NCBI GenBank assembly: GCA_964252035.1
Contig: OZ176201.1
DNA from: Podarcis erhardii
Lineage: Eukaryota
Direction: 5' to 3' (one strand)
DNA: 64,000 nucleotides
The notes beneath the pieces are model-generated. The model was not told where the DNA came from. It searched no databases and saw nothing but the letters and a program-made list of their open reading frames with translations. A program made the position numbers and the translations under genes. Positions 1 to 11,884 of the stretch are shown piece by piece. Each line of letters begins with the position of its first letter. Positions within the stretch are counted from its first letter, which is position 1.

Positions 1-1829
1 TGTTGTCCTGCTTGTTCTTCATCTAACAGGGAAACTTCTAGGTAGCCAGGGCACGTAAAATGTCCAAATAGCAGTTGGTTCCTGCTGAAGGGGACTGGCT
101 TGCATGGATCCAGGCAGTGGCAATTAATAGCAAAGGCTTATTGTCTCTAGTTTATGCTTCTTCATTCCTCAAGGTATCTCAGGGTTTTAGGTTTGAAGTG
201 TATGCTAGTACCACAAAAGAGCTGTGTTTGAGTCTTCTCTGTTTCTGGTCTTTGTCGTGGTTTTGGGCAAATTCTAGATGTGCATTTGTTGAAAATGGTA
301 AAAACAGAATATCCAACACCTTGCAGAATATAATCAGACCTGGCCTTGTGTTTCAATAATCAGAATACCAGCAATACAGTACATGAGATGCCTACCCTTT
401 TCTCCACATGCCATTGAACTGAAAATACATGCCATTTTAGAAGAGCCAGATCACATAGCTAGACAATGAAGCATATCAAACAGCCAGGGTTACCCTGTGC
501 CAGTAGCATAATATTCACTTTCCCATTCTCTCGCCAGAGGTCAGAATAGCCTTCTGCTGTGAGGCCCTTACATGATTTTTATACATTCCACCTCTGGATC
601 CCCAAGGAGCAGAACCAAGAGAGTCTAAGCATTTTCCAGTCCACTGTCATTTGAGGATCTGGCTGTTTCTTCCCAACAGTTCCTCCCACAGCGAGATTTC
701 CTGGGTGCAGAATGCAGGTTTCCCTCTATGCTGCACCTAGTCTCAACGGCAGCTACAAATACTGTTGGCATCTGTCCGTCTCGAAAGACAAATCCTGCTT
801 AATTAAAGAAGGAGGGTGTTTTGCTATCATTCCAGTTTTCCCTCTTTCCCTCTTTGGTGTTTTTGAGATAAAAATTCACTCCCTGCTTTCTCAGAAGTTG
901 CAAGGTAAATACCATACAACTCTCTGAAAGGGAGAAATGTTTCACCTCTCCTACTGTTTCAACTTTCTAAGATGATTCCTCAGTTGGGCTAGCTAGCATT
1001 CTCCCTTCTCCCCCCCACTAGCCTTCCCATAACTAGTTGGCTTGAGGCAGGAGGCTTAATTTTTATAGTGGCTTAACCCCACCCACATCTGGCTCTACCA
1101 ATGAGTGGCAGGAGATGGAGCCAGTTGTTGGCATGCTTCTGCCTCTATTATTAACCCTTTCTGGTATGTTTTTTCCTGGATTTCTGAGTTTGACATGTTC
1201 AGATGGAGCTGTTCGAGGTGACTATGCTTGTCAGCTTTTAAACTGATCCATGGTTGCTCTGTTCTTTCTTCTGATTTCTACATATCAAGCAGCTTTTAAA
1301 GGCACTAAAACAGGCAATGCTGTTGTTGGTTTTCCTGTTGGCAACCCTAATGTTGATTTCTATTTGCCATTAGGGTTTTAAGACTGCTCTGAGGTGGTAT
1401 TTGACCTGTTGTACAGCCTACTCTCTAATCCAGAGCTGTCTTAATGGGCTTAGATTTCCCAGTTTCAAAATAACAATTTTCCTGACTGTCTGGGGTGTGT
1501 AAGAATTGCCTCCAGGGAACCAGTCAGAGAAGCTTTATGAAAGCGGGTGAAGATAGTCTGTAAACTGTAGTACAAGTTTGTGTGAGCAGATGGGCTAGTA
1601 ACCTGCAGGCATTTTGTGGGGCACTAACTGTTTTGAACTGACTTGTAAGGCTGCTGTCCTCTTACGCTCTCTGACTTTTGTACGTGAACACCAGCTGTAT
1701 GACATCTGCGCATCTCTGCAGAAAAACTTGTCCCATTGCGGACTTTAGCACCCATTCAGGTAGCCACTCTTTTCCTTTACTGAGAGCTGAAAATCAACAG
1801 CTGAAGCTTCTTGGTGTGAGGCTGCAGTA

Positions 1830-2188
1830 TGGGCTAAAGCTTCACCTGAAGGAGCGTCTCCACCCCCATCGTTCTGCCCGGACACTGAGGTCCAGCTCCG
1901 AGGGCCTTCTGGCGGTTCCCGCGCTGCAAGAAGCCAAGTTACAGGGAACCAAGCAGAGGGCCTTCTTGGTGGTGGCGCCCGCCCTGTGGAACGCCCTCCC
2001 ACCAGATGTCAAAGAGAAAAACAACTACCAGACTTTTAGAAGACATCTGAAGGCAGCCCTGTTTAGGGAAGCTTTTAATGTTTGACAGACTATTGTATTT
2101 TAATATTTTGTTGGAAGCCGCCCAGAGTGGCTGGGGAAACCCGGCCAGATGGGCGGGGTATAAATAATAGATTATTATTATTATTATT
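1830..2188 (+). mobile_element. L2-type LINE 3' fragment
   Basis: Encodes RTLRSS...LLAVP...RAFLVVAPALWNALP...FRRHLKAALFREAF, typical of the L2 ORF2 C-terminus; ends in (TTA)n. Confidence 0.8.
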
Positions 2189-3442
2189 CACCTGGTAATT
2201 TTCTGCTACATTGCAGAATATCCTGCAGCACAACAGGGATAAAAACATAGGATCAGCTCTGTTGGTATTCAGAGGCAATCTGCCTCCGATGGTGGAGCAA
2301 GAACCTAGCTAGCATGGCTAATAGCTGGTGATAGTCTCTTCCATGATTTTGTTTGCTCCTCTTTTAAAAGCCCTCCAACTTGATGGCCATCACAACACCT
2401 TTTCAGTCCCACAAGGTGGGACTAAGTCTATAGCTTAACTTTGTGCATAATTTGACTGAGCATGGGGAACCTCCAACGTGGAGACCAAATAAGACACTCC
2501 TGGTCCTCAGGACTCTCCCAAGCCATGCCCCTCACCAGTGTAGCTCCATGCCCTCCTTGAGTACTTTCGCTAGGCTGGAAGGTATCTTAGCCGTGATAAT
2601 GTTTGCCTGGATGGAAGATGGAGAGATGCCTCTGTGTGGATGTGCTACAACAGGAATGGGGAACCTGGCGCCCTCAAGATGATGCTGTACCCCAACCATT
2701 GTATGTATCCATGACCATTGGCCATGTTGGGTGGGGCTGATGGGAGCTGAAGTCCAGCAACATCTGGAGAGCCACAGCATCCCTATCCCTGGTGCATAGA
2801 AAACTTTGGAGTTTTTCTGGAATGTAGTTTGCTGCACAAAAGTAAGAATTGCATTGATTGCTCTGCCCATGTTTGCTTCTTGCTCCACTCACTTTTTGCC
2901 TCTGCCCCCACCTGCCACTGTCAAGCAGCCCCTGGAAGGTTGCTCGTGAAGGAATGTGGCCCTTGTGTTGAAAAAGTTGGCTCACCAATGTAGTAAAGGT
3001 AGTCTTCCCAATCAGTAGGCACGACTCCTGCCTTTTAGTTACCCCCTCTCTGGAAATGACCTGGTGCCGTAGAATAAGGTGGGGGAAGCTCTGAGGTGGC
3101 AGATGACATTTATGAATGGTCCCCTCCATAAACAGCTCCCTGCAAGCAGAAAGCTAGCACGGCAGCTGGGCTAAATGTGCCAACTTTTAACTTGCAAAGA
3201 CATGTTTATATTGGGGAACGTTATTATCTCATTCTGCTGAATGTGTAGGCCAAGGCTTTTGCCTGGAGAGAGGGATGGATGTCAGGTGGACAAAGATGGA
3301 TCTCCACATGGGTTCTCCAGGGTTTTACACGGCTTCCCTTCCCTTTATACCCTTTCAACCAGTCTCTTGTACTTGCAGTCAGAGTGGGAAGAGGGTGTCC
3401 GCATTCTCCCATTCTTTACAAGGTGGGTGAAGTTGAAATCCT

Positions 3443-3825
3443 TTTTTTATTTTTTAATAATATTTATTAAAATTTTGGAAATTACAAAAAGAAAAAAGAA
3501 AAGTTAAACATAGAAAAACAGAAACAAAAACAAAAACACTACATAAAACATTAAATTAGCAAAACAAAACAAAAACAATTAAAAACACTCCAATCTTTTC
3601 GATCTTAACTTTCATACACTTGTTTCATTGACTTCCTCAACGCCTCCCTTTTTGTATTCCACTTCAATTAACTATTTCAGCAAGTCCTTTCCATCTTCAT
3701 CTATTTTCTGTCTTATAGTTAATTTTAACATATTGTAACCTAGTTTTTTCCCCCTTTTAATGCATTAACCATCTATCTATACCTAATTCCTTCTAACATT
3801 TCTGCCAAAGCCATATAACTTTATT
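3443..3825 (-). mobile_element. 5'-truncated poly(A)-tailed LINE (L1/Tx1-like) 3' end
   Basis: T-rich tail on +. TSD gggt(g/a)aagttgaaatcct at 3425-3442 and 3826-3843. Shares cctccc-T run-gtatt with the 7035 and 63051 copies. Confidence 0.7.
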
Positions 3826-4206
3826 GGGTAAAGTTGAAATCCTAATCCACCGTAGCAACTGGGATTTCAAAACCAGGGGTGGGTGGGCTGTTGTTGTCTT
3901 AACTCCAGGATGATTAGCAATGAGTTGACCAGGATGTGATCGGGTGCGTTATGTTTTACAGGTGAAGTCTTTGCTTGACTACCTTCTGCAGCACAAAATA
4001 ATTAAGTGTGCCTCAACTCTGAGCTTAATGAGGGGTTTTGCTGACCTGACAAGGGCCCTAGTGAAATAGGCAGGTCTTGAACATTGTCTTTGTCTTTAGC
4101 AAATACCTTTGGCCCACACGGTCCCTGTCGTGGGGAAGGCTGTGGGGAATCTTCTCTCTCCCCCCCCCCTTAGTGATGGCATAACAATGTCTTCCTTCCA
4201 TTCCAG

Positions 4207-4356
4207 GTGTAGGCTAGCGTGGCCGCAGAGTGGGTGTGAGCTCGCTGCACTGGACGCCACCCCGACCCCAGAAGAGAGACTACTGGGCTATGAGTGCCTG
4301 AAGGGATCGTGCCCACTCTTAACGCCGCCTGCCGTGAGGTTTGCAGCCATGAGCAG
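4207..4356 (+). other. MBD6: Probable non-coding 5'UTR exon of MBD6
   Basis: Pyrimidine tract and ttccag acceptor before 4207, CAG|gtagg donor after 4356, CpG-richer than its flanks, about 1 kb upstream of the ATG exon. Inferred; no transcript evidence. Confidence 0.6.
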
Positions 4357-5386
4357 GTAGGAGCCATCGGCAGAGCAGATCTGGGATTAAAGGATCAGCC
4401 AGCTGTTTGCCGTTTCACGGCTCCCTCCTGGTGGAGTTTAGTAGGTCAGAGCTGCCCAGGGAGTGTTGGGAGGGGGCAGAGGAAACAGGCAGACAGTGGG
4501 GGCTTGGGGAATGCAGCGCCTGACTCCCTGATTCACCTCACACACCCTGCTATCACAGTCCTGAGCCTCCCACATCATGCTGAAGCCTGTCTTCTAACAT
4601 GAAGCCACCTTGCTATATCACTATTTGTCCTACCCACTGTGCTTTCCTCCCTCTTCTGCCCCCTCCCCCCCGCCACTTGCCAGTTTGTCTCCTCTGTCCT
4701 GTTGCTGCGCAGTGATCCCCGTCTGCAAGGCACCTCCTTTCCTCGTTCTAAAGGCTGATCTCTGTGTTGAAAAGAATCATGTAGCAGAATCCCTGTGGGA
4801 CTGTATCACTTCAGATGGCAAGTGGTAGTAGGGGAAGTCAAGGGTTTCTTAATGCTCCCCTATGCTTAAAAACGAAGCAAAAAATGCCCTCCAAACCCTC
4901 TGTACAGTGATTCCTCCACATGCAAACTGTAGTGGTACAGTCCTGCAAGCACTCTGCTCGTGATTCTGCTGATGGCGTAACTTGGTTCTTTTCTAGAGCT
5001 TTTCAAGCTAGCAAAGAATCAGTGTCTATCTGTTTTCGTTTTTCCAAAATGTCCACCAGGGAGGTAGGGGTGTGTGTGTGTGTTGGGAGGCTTGGAGGTG
5101 ATTACGCAAAAACTGATGCCACATTTTCTAGGTGGGTGGCCGTTCTCCAGAGGCAGCTAAAGTCCCTAGACCAAAGTAAGCTCCCTACTATCAGGTCTTG
5201 CCATTCGTGGCCTGTTCAACTAGGCTGCACCATTCCCAGCTTAGGGTTGGCCTGAGAAGTTTGCAGCTGGGTTACATGCCCTCCCTCCCTCCTTCCTTCC
5301 CCACCCCTCTCCAGGCAAGGTGGTTGTGCCTGCCATCTTGGTGACCCTCTGGGTTTTTTCAGGTGCCCAAGTGCTGAGGGAGCACA

Positions 5387-5499
5387 ATGAATGGCGGCGA
5401 TGATTGCTCTGTTGTGGATCGAGGTGGGCGCCTGGCAGTCACACCTGTGCCCGTGGGCTGGCAGCGCATGGTGGAAGAGGGTGGAGTGCGCTATATCAG
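5387..5499 (+). CDS. MBD6: MBD6 coding exon 1 (MNGGDDCSVVDRGGRLAVTPVPVGWQRMVEEGGVRYI-S); exon starts at 5363
   Basis: Matches the MBD5/MBD6 N-terminus (MNGG...VPVGWQR). Acceptor ttttttcag ends 5362, donor gtaagg at 5500, 113 nt, phase 2. Confidence 0.95.
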
Positions 5500-5504
5500 G
5501 TAAG

Positions 5505-5960
5505 GCTGGCATTATATCTGGTGATGGGGCAGATGGGGCTCATCCACCTGGGAAGGCAGCCCATCTAGGAGAAGGGAAACTCTGATCCTAAACCTTCTCT
5601 GCCTTGTGGGAGATCTTCAGGAGAAGAAAAGGCTATGGAGTAAACCCTACACAAATCCTGAGTGGAGTCCCTAAGGCAGTTGGATAGCACTTTGTACGCC
5701 TCCTTCCTGCAACTCCTGCAGCCAAGCTGGTGCCAAATGTATTGCTCTGCTTTCCTTTGGACCACATCAGTGAGGCTGAGAGGGGGGGGGTCTTGTCGTC
5801 TGGGCAGCCCAGGAGCCCATACACAGCGTCCAGATTTGCACCCTTTGGTGCTGCTAACGCAACACCTTGACTTCACCCTCGGAGGTGCACTCCGTCGTCT
5901 CTGGAGACAGATGGATGTCGATGGTGAGCTTCTTGTTCGTCCCCCTGGTGTACTAGTCCC
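5505..5960 (+). mobile_element. RTE-like retroelement 5' segment; second copy at about 28515-28895
   Basis: Both copies share catctaggagaagg(g/a)aa...ctgatcctaaacc...gagtccctaaggc...cagccaagctg.tgccaaa. Family assignment from memory. Confidence 0.5.
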
Positions 5961-5967
5961 CTGACAC

Positions 5968-5968
5968 T

Positions 5969-6008
<40 letters not shown>
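5968..6008. repeat. (CTTT)n microsatellite forming the polypyrimidine tract of MBD6 coding exon 2
   Basis: Seen directly. Confidence 0.9.
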
Positions 6009-6010
<2 letters not shown>

Positions 6011-6022
6011 CACCCTCCATAG

Positions 6023-6125
6023 TCCCAGTGGCACAAGCCTGGCTTCGTTGGAGCAGACTCGTGCATACTTGCTGGCGGACGGCACATGCAAGTGTGGCCT
6101 GGAGTGTCCCCTCAACATGCATAAG
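6023..6125 (+). CDS. MBD6: MBD6 coding exon 2 ([35 protein letters not shown]), MBD domain
   Basis: [12 protein letters not shown] signature of MBD5/6. ag/gt boundaries, 103 nt, in frame. Confidence 0.96.
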
Positions 6126-6271
6126 GTATACAACTTGGGAGAGAGAACCAAAACTGTGCTTGCCACCAGCAGTGGACTCTGGCCTGGAGGTTTTCAACCT
6201 TTGCCCAAGTACTGAGAATAGCAAAAGGAGAACAAAGGTTGACCGTAGGAATTTTGGAGGATGTGTTACAC

Positions 6272-6407
6272 CAGGCTTCCTCAACCTTGGCCCTCCAGAT
6301 GTTTTGAGACTACAATTCCCATCATCCCTAACCACTGGTCCTGCTAGCTAGGGATCATGGGAGTTGTAGGCCAAAAACACCTGGAGGGCCGAGGTTGAGG
6401 AAGCCTG
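6272..6407. mobile_element. Palindromic hAT MITE of about 136 bp; degenerate relatives at about 2650, 12025, 17085, 20265, 21560, 30460, 60710, 60905, 62575, 62820
   Basis: TIR caggcttcctcaacc; 8-bp TSD TGTTACAC at 6264-6271 and 6408-6415. Confidence 0.85.
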
Positions 6408-7034
6408 TGTTACACCAAGTCAGCCCATGGACCCAATCTAGCTCAGTGTCCTCTGCACCAATTGGCAGGGGCTCTCCAGCGCTTTCAGAGAAGGGAACGT
6501 TGCCAACTTGGCCCGGGGATGACAAGGCCTGAACCTCAGACCTTTTGCATGCAAAGCACCTGTTGCGCCACTGAGCCATGGCCCTTCTTCCGCTAGTGGC
6601 CAGGCCTCGTTCCAGAAAACGGGAGAGCTGGTCATTTGCTGGGAACCCTAGACTTGCACAGGGCCACCAGCCCAGCACTACCACCATTACTGTTCTGGCT
6701 TTCTGCAGAGTGCCCATTTGGGCCAGAGACGTGGGCTGGAGAGGCACCTCTTTGTGGCAGCTCATTCCGCAGCTTTGTAATTTAGCCCTAGAAACTGGAT
6801 ACAGAAAACCAGCCCATCTAGTGCAACATCCTCACAGTGGCCAACCATAAGCTCACAAGCAGGACCTGAGTGCAACAGCCCTCTTCCCACTTGCTATTCC
6901 CAGCATCCTGCCTCTGACAGTGGAGGTAGATTACAGGGAATTAAATATGGGGAGTGTTTACAAGTGCTGAAAAGAATTGCTGGATGTGGCATTCACTTTC
7001 CTAAAGATTCCCAGCCTTTTTAAAGGAAGTTTCT

Positions 7035-7309
7035 TTTTCCCCCCTTCAATAATATTTATTAAAGTTTTAAATGTTACAAAAAGAGAAAGAGATAACTCCA
7101 AGTTAAACAAAAACTTGACAACACATCACAATAAAGAAAGAAGAAAATAAAGAAAAAAAAATTATAAAAAACAGAAAAACGGAAAAATAGAAACAATTAA
7201 AAAAACACAACGAACCTTCCCATAACTTATCTTTCATTTGCTTGTTTCCTTGACCTCCTCGCACCTCCCTTTTTTGTATTCTAGTTTGGTTAGCTATTTC
7301 AGCAAATCC
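7035..7309 (-). mobile_element. Same LINE 3' end family
   Basis: TSD TTTTAAAGGAAGTTTCT at 7018-7034 and 7310-7326. Confidence 0.7.
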
Positions 7310-8137
7310 TTTTAAAGGAAGTTTCTAGCCTTTTGTTGTTGCAAAGGCACACTTAAACTTATGAGAGCAGTGCCTGATTGATTCTCAGAAACCGGGAGAA
7401 GGGGGTCTGTGGGATAATATTTCTACTGGTCTAAGGACGGGGCTCCAGTGCCCTGTAATTCCTTGCTGCTCCCCATGGGAAGACTAAAGGAGGCAAAACG
7501 AGAAAAAAGGCAAATTGGCTTAATCTGCACAATAACTCAAGGCTGCAGAATACAGCTTGCAGAGAGTACATACAACAGAGAGTTTTCTGCTGTAGAGGTG
7601 GATGCTGCCCTGTTTGGCTTGGGCATTCCAGCTCTGTGATCCTCAGGCTAGAAAAAGGTCTGACCCTCTACAGTTCTGCCAAATTCTGCCCTTTAATTTG
7701 AAGAGCAGCATGCTAGATCCGTGAGCAGGGACATGTTCACCACACTAAGCACCAGTAGCTATTTTGGAAAGGAACAGAAAGTGTGTGTGTGGCTTGGTTG
7801 GGGTCAGATCTTGTCATTCAGCAGCAGCAGAAGCTGGCAGTGCATCCAGGGCTCCCTTCTGCCAACAGCACATTCCTAGCTCTTCACAGTGCAGGGGCTT
7901 TCCAGCTCTCCACCTCAGGGAAACCTGTTCTGAGTCAGCTGTCATTTGCCAAAGAACCTCTGCATGTTGCAGAGGATTCTGGGGGGAAATAGGGGTGCTC
8001 CAGGGTGCTTCACACAGAGTCCCAAGTCAGGCCTTTTGCTCACATTCACTCTGTGTGGCCAGAACATGCTAGGACACACCTGGCACATGTGCTGCTGCTG
8101 TTCATTTCAAGGGAAGTTGCCTTTGCAGGAAGGGAAA

Positions 8138-8290
8138 GGGCCGTAGCTCAGTAGGTAGAGCACCTGCCTTTCAGGCAGAAGGCTCCAAGTTCAATCCCTG
8201 GCATCCTCAGGGCTGAACCAAGAGACTTCTGTTTGGCACCCTGGAGAACCACAGCCAGTGTAGATAATACTGAGCTAGGCGACCCAATAG
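8138..8290 (+). mobile_element. tRNA-derived SINE (Squam3-like); related copies at about 6418-6586(-), 12881-13000(+), 14603-14800(-), 35140-35325(-), 40820-40985(-)
   Basis: ggccgtagctcagtaggtagagca A-box and gttcaatccctggc B-box followed by a shared body. Confidence 0.7.
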
Positions 8291-9254
8291 TCCATTGTTT
8301 CTTCTCCTTTGTGGCTGGACAGAGCCACCTGCTGCATGGGTTGTAACCAGTTGTAACCAGAGCTGTTCGTATTCCCCTTGTGAGCAAGCACACCACACAC
8401 ATGGGGAAATCAGCCTGCCTTTGGCATCCTAAGAATCTCAGCTTTCGTTTTTTTAAAGAACAAGGTACTAGTCCTTTTTGATGCAAAGACACGTTTGAAA
8501 ACATGTGAATGGTGTTTGGAGAAAGAAGGCAGAGGGGAGATGACTAAGACGTCAGAGGGTTGGGAGGAGTGGCATTGCTTATGTGTCCTCCGTGGCTCTT
8601 TGCTTGTCGCCCTGCCCCAGGGCTAACAGACGAATTAATTGTGCAAACCGTATGCAGATTGATTCGATTTGCACAGTTTATTCAGGTTTCAGGATTCAGT
8701 CTCCGCTGGTGGAGCTTTGTGGGCGCCTGTTTTGCTCTGAAGGTCAGCTGCTTTCCACCCATTGGGATGACCCTCCATTCTAGTTTCTTGCTTTAAGGAT
8801 GACTGTATGTGGAGAAGAATTAGTGAAAGAATCAGCGCAAGTTTGCATTATGGGGTCAATAAGGTAACAGCCATCATTAGTGTACTGGAGAAAGCAGGAT
8901 TGGAGAAAGCAGGATTCAGATCCCTGCTCAACCACAAAGCTCACTGGGTATCCTCGGGTCATTCAAAATTTCAGCCTAACTCCCCACCCCTGGGTTGTAG
9001 TGCAGAGGGCAGAACCATATATGCTCCTCTGTGAGTTCCTTGGAGGAAGGGTGGGTTTAAAACAGGCTGTGGGCACCTTTGGCTCTCCAGGCACCGATTG
9101 ACCACAATCGCCATCATTCCTGACCATTAAGCCATTCTGGGCCTCTTAAGGTGGGTTCCAGCACCTCTCAGGTGGGCACTATTTCCATTCTAAAAGAACG
9201 AGAGAGGCGTTTATGGCAAGTTCTGGCACCTCTTTTTCTAGAAAAATAGCACTG

Positions 9255-9385
9255 ACAACAATCCTGTGAGGTAGGTGAGGCAGAGAGGCAGTGACTGGCC
9301 CACTCAGTGAGCTTCCTGGCTGAGGGGATTTGAAGCCTGCTCTCCCAGGTTTTAGTCCAGTACTCTAACCATTGCACCACACTGA
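9255..9385 (-). mobile_element. MIR/Squam2-like SINE remnant (related fragment at about 55790-55930, +)
   Basis: Minus strand has cagtgtggtgcaatggttagagt...tcaaatcc head and ...cacctacctcacagg body. Confidence 0.5.
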
Positions 9386-9511
9386 CTCTAACTTGGACCA
9401 CAAGAAATGGCCTGACTCCCACTGCAGTCTCTTTTTATCACCTTGTTCCCCTGGACTGGTCAGGTGCCCTCCTGTTTTTAAGTTATTTTCTTCCCACCCC
9501 GTCATGGTTAG

Positions 9512-9677
9512 GTTTTCAACTTCGACCCAGCAGCAATGGTGACAGGCAGTGAAGGAAGCAAGGGCGACGAGGACATGACCAAGCTGTGCAACCACCGGCG
9601 GAAAATTGTGGCTATGGCCACGCTGTGCCGCAGCATGGAGAGCCATGGACCCCTGAGCCTGCCACACCTGGGGCCAG
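9512..9677 (+). CDS. MBD6: MBD6 coding exon 3 (VFNFDPAA...[24 protein letters not shown]...)
   Basis: VFNFDP and [12 protein letters not shown] match MBD6. 166 nt, phase 0 to 1. Confidence 0.96.
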
Positions 9678-10624
9678 GTAACTGTGGTCTCCTGCACGGG
9701 GCCATATTCCTTCACTGTTCTTTTTGGTAGCACTGTAAACCTGGCCAGCGCTAGGGACTGGGAACTGGCTTAGCCAGCCAGCCTATTCAACCCCAGTGTG
9801 AGTCATTTGCTCTGGGCTGTCTTCCATTTAGGAGACCTGCTTAGATGGGTGCTCACACATCAAATTCAACCTGTGTGCACAAATGTTTGATCTGTACGCT
9901 CATAAAGTTATTTGCGTGTAATATTCTGTGAGTGTGCAGTTTGTATACCTGTGTCCACAGCAGCTGAGCTGTACAAATCAGCAAGTGTACACTCTTTTCA
10001 CACAAGCACTTGCACATGTGTCCAAACACCCTGTACAAATCTTCAGTGTAATGTGTGAATGACCCTATAGAGACACAAGGGGAATGGCCCTCTAATTCTT
10101 TGTATCCTATGTTTTTTTATGTTATGTTTATTGTTGTTCGGTTATTGAGATTATGTAAAGTAAAAGAAAAATGAAAAGAAAAACAAGTAACACTGTGGAT
10201 ACTCCTAAAGTGGGATATAACTTTTATCCTTTCACACTACAAGTAATATGAAGTCACATGTACCTCAACAGTGAGAAAAATTGTGCTTCAGACATCACAG
10301 ATTTGGGCAATATCAGTATAACCATTGAACAACATCCCCAAGGAAGAATTAGGAACGTCCCAAATGTATTTGACATCAGATTTATCTTAAACATTTTTTT
10401 TTTTTTTTTTTTTTTTGCTTCTGGTGACTTTTGTCTTCTGTATCTGCTCCACATCATCCAGTACCACCAGACTCATCACTTGCATTGCCATCATCATTAG
10501 TTAATGCAAATATAGTGGTTTACAATGTATATATTTTAAAAAAACCCTGAAACGTTAACTTTGCTTAGGCCCATGCAGTTTGCTTTTTCCCTTTTGCATC
10601 TGTTGCCTTTTTATCTGTTTCCAG

Positions 10625-11884
10625 GGCCCAGCTTGACCCAGCTTCCTCACCCAACCACACCGGGGCCCAGCAGTCGCCCACAGCAGATGCTTCCCAGCAA
10701 AGCCTCCACCACCTTGGCGAAGGGCCCTGAACTCTACCAGCAGTGCCCCTCGGATCGCTATGGCAACACCTGGTCCAGCCCGAGCTCTACTTTCCCCCGC
10801 CACCACAACACTCTCTTTGGCGATGTCTTCCCAGGCCGCCTGCCTGCCACTACCAATGGCAACACCCGGCCGTCCTTCCCAACTGAACTGAGTGCTGTGG
10901 GGGGGCCCTTCCTGCCCAGCAAGGCCCTCCCAGACACGCTGTCCCGGCCCTACCCTTCCAGCTGCCTCCTCTTCCCCCCGCCTGATGAGGCGTCGTCCAG
11001 CCAGGAGGGCGGCCCCTGGAGCAGCCGGCCGGTGCCTCTGGGGTCTCAGACCAGCACCACAGGCTCACCCGCCCCCACCACCCTCTCCTCCATTTCATCA
11101 CCGGCAGGCAGCGCCGAGCCGTCCCCGCAGCGCTCTCGGCACTCCTCAGCTTCCTCAGAGCAGGGCCTCTCTGGACACCGCCCAGCTGCCAGGCCCCCCG
11201 GCTTGGACACAGCGGCCCCAGCCAATGCCTTAACCAACCAAAGCAGCAATAACCTGCCCTCAGTGCCCTTAGGAGTTGCCCCGGAAGGCAAAGGACCGCC
11301 CAGCCTGCTGCTGCTCCACCCTCAGGGCCCAGGCTCCTTCCCAGCCAGCAGCTTGTTGAGTGCAGCCGCCAAGGCCCAGCTGGCCAGCAGGGGGCGTCCT
11401 GACGAGCTGGCTGCCAGCACTTTACCCAGCCGCTTGCTACTGTCCATGGTGGGCGGGCGAGCGCCCAGGCGGCAGCGCCGCTCTCCCACCGTCCTGCGCC
11501 TGCTCAAGGACTCCCACTCGGCGGGGCAGGCGGGGCTTGCCCACCCGGAGGAGACGCCGACCCGACACCCCCGGCCTCGGGACCAGCTGCCGGCAGGGGA
11601 GGCCAAGAATGGACCCCCCAGCTCCGGGGCTCCGGCTCAGCCGCTCTCGTCCCTGCTCAGCCTGCTCGCTCCCCCCGTGAGCTCACTAGCCGCCCCTGGC
11701 CTCCCGCCGGTGCCCCCGACCCCCACCGGCGACAGCCCCAGCCCTTTGCCCTCCTTCCAGGACTTCAACAGCCAGCTCCTCAGCCTCTTTGGGCAGCTGG
11801 CCTCGGCGTCTTCTGAACAGATCTCAGGGAGCCCCCCACAGCCAAAACCGCCTGCCTCCCCGCTCGGATCACACAGCACCCCAG
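10625..11884 (+). CDS. MBD6: MBD6 coding exon 4, large Pro/Ser-rich exon containing SFPASSLLSAAAKAQL
   Basis: Within ORF 10561-11904. Acceptor tttccag ends 10624, donor gtaggt at 11885, 1260 nt, phase 1/1. Motif conserved in MBD5/6. Confidence 0.93.

Noticed and set aside
1678-2085. 135-aa ORF as a gene
   Set aside because: Its 3' part is the C-terminus of an L2 LINE ORF2 fragment.
1-4200. MBD6 promoter or neighbouring DDIT3 exons
   Set aside because: No CpG island or DDIT3-like coding sequence seen; these are expected upstream of the window by human synteny.
5565-6335. 256-aa minus-strand ORF
   Set aside because: Antisense read-through of a retroelement, a (CTTT)n tract and an MBD6 exon.
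8138-8215. tRNA gene
   Set aside because: The A and B boxes belong to a multi-copy SINE head; there is no cloverleaf with an acceptor stem.
10462-10550. Possible extra MBD6 exon after the poly-T tract (VPPDSSLALPSS...)
   Set aside because: No convincing donor before an in-frame stop, and no homology recognised.
10561-10624. ORF-track start for the 447-aa ORF, and an alternative acceptor at 10568
   Set aside because: This is an intronic pyrimidine tract; the 10568 acceptor is out of frame with the phase-1 upstream exon.
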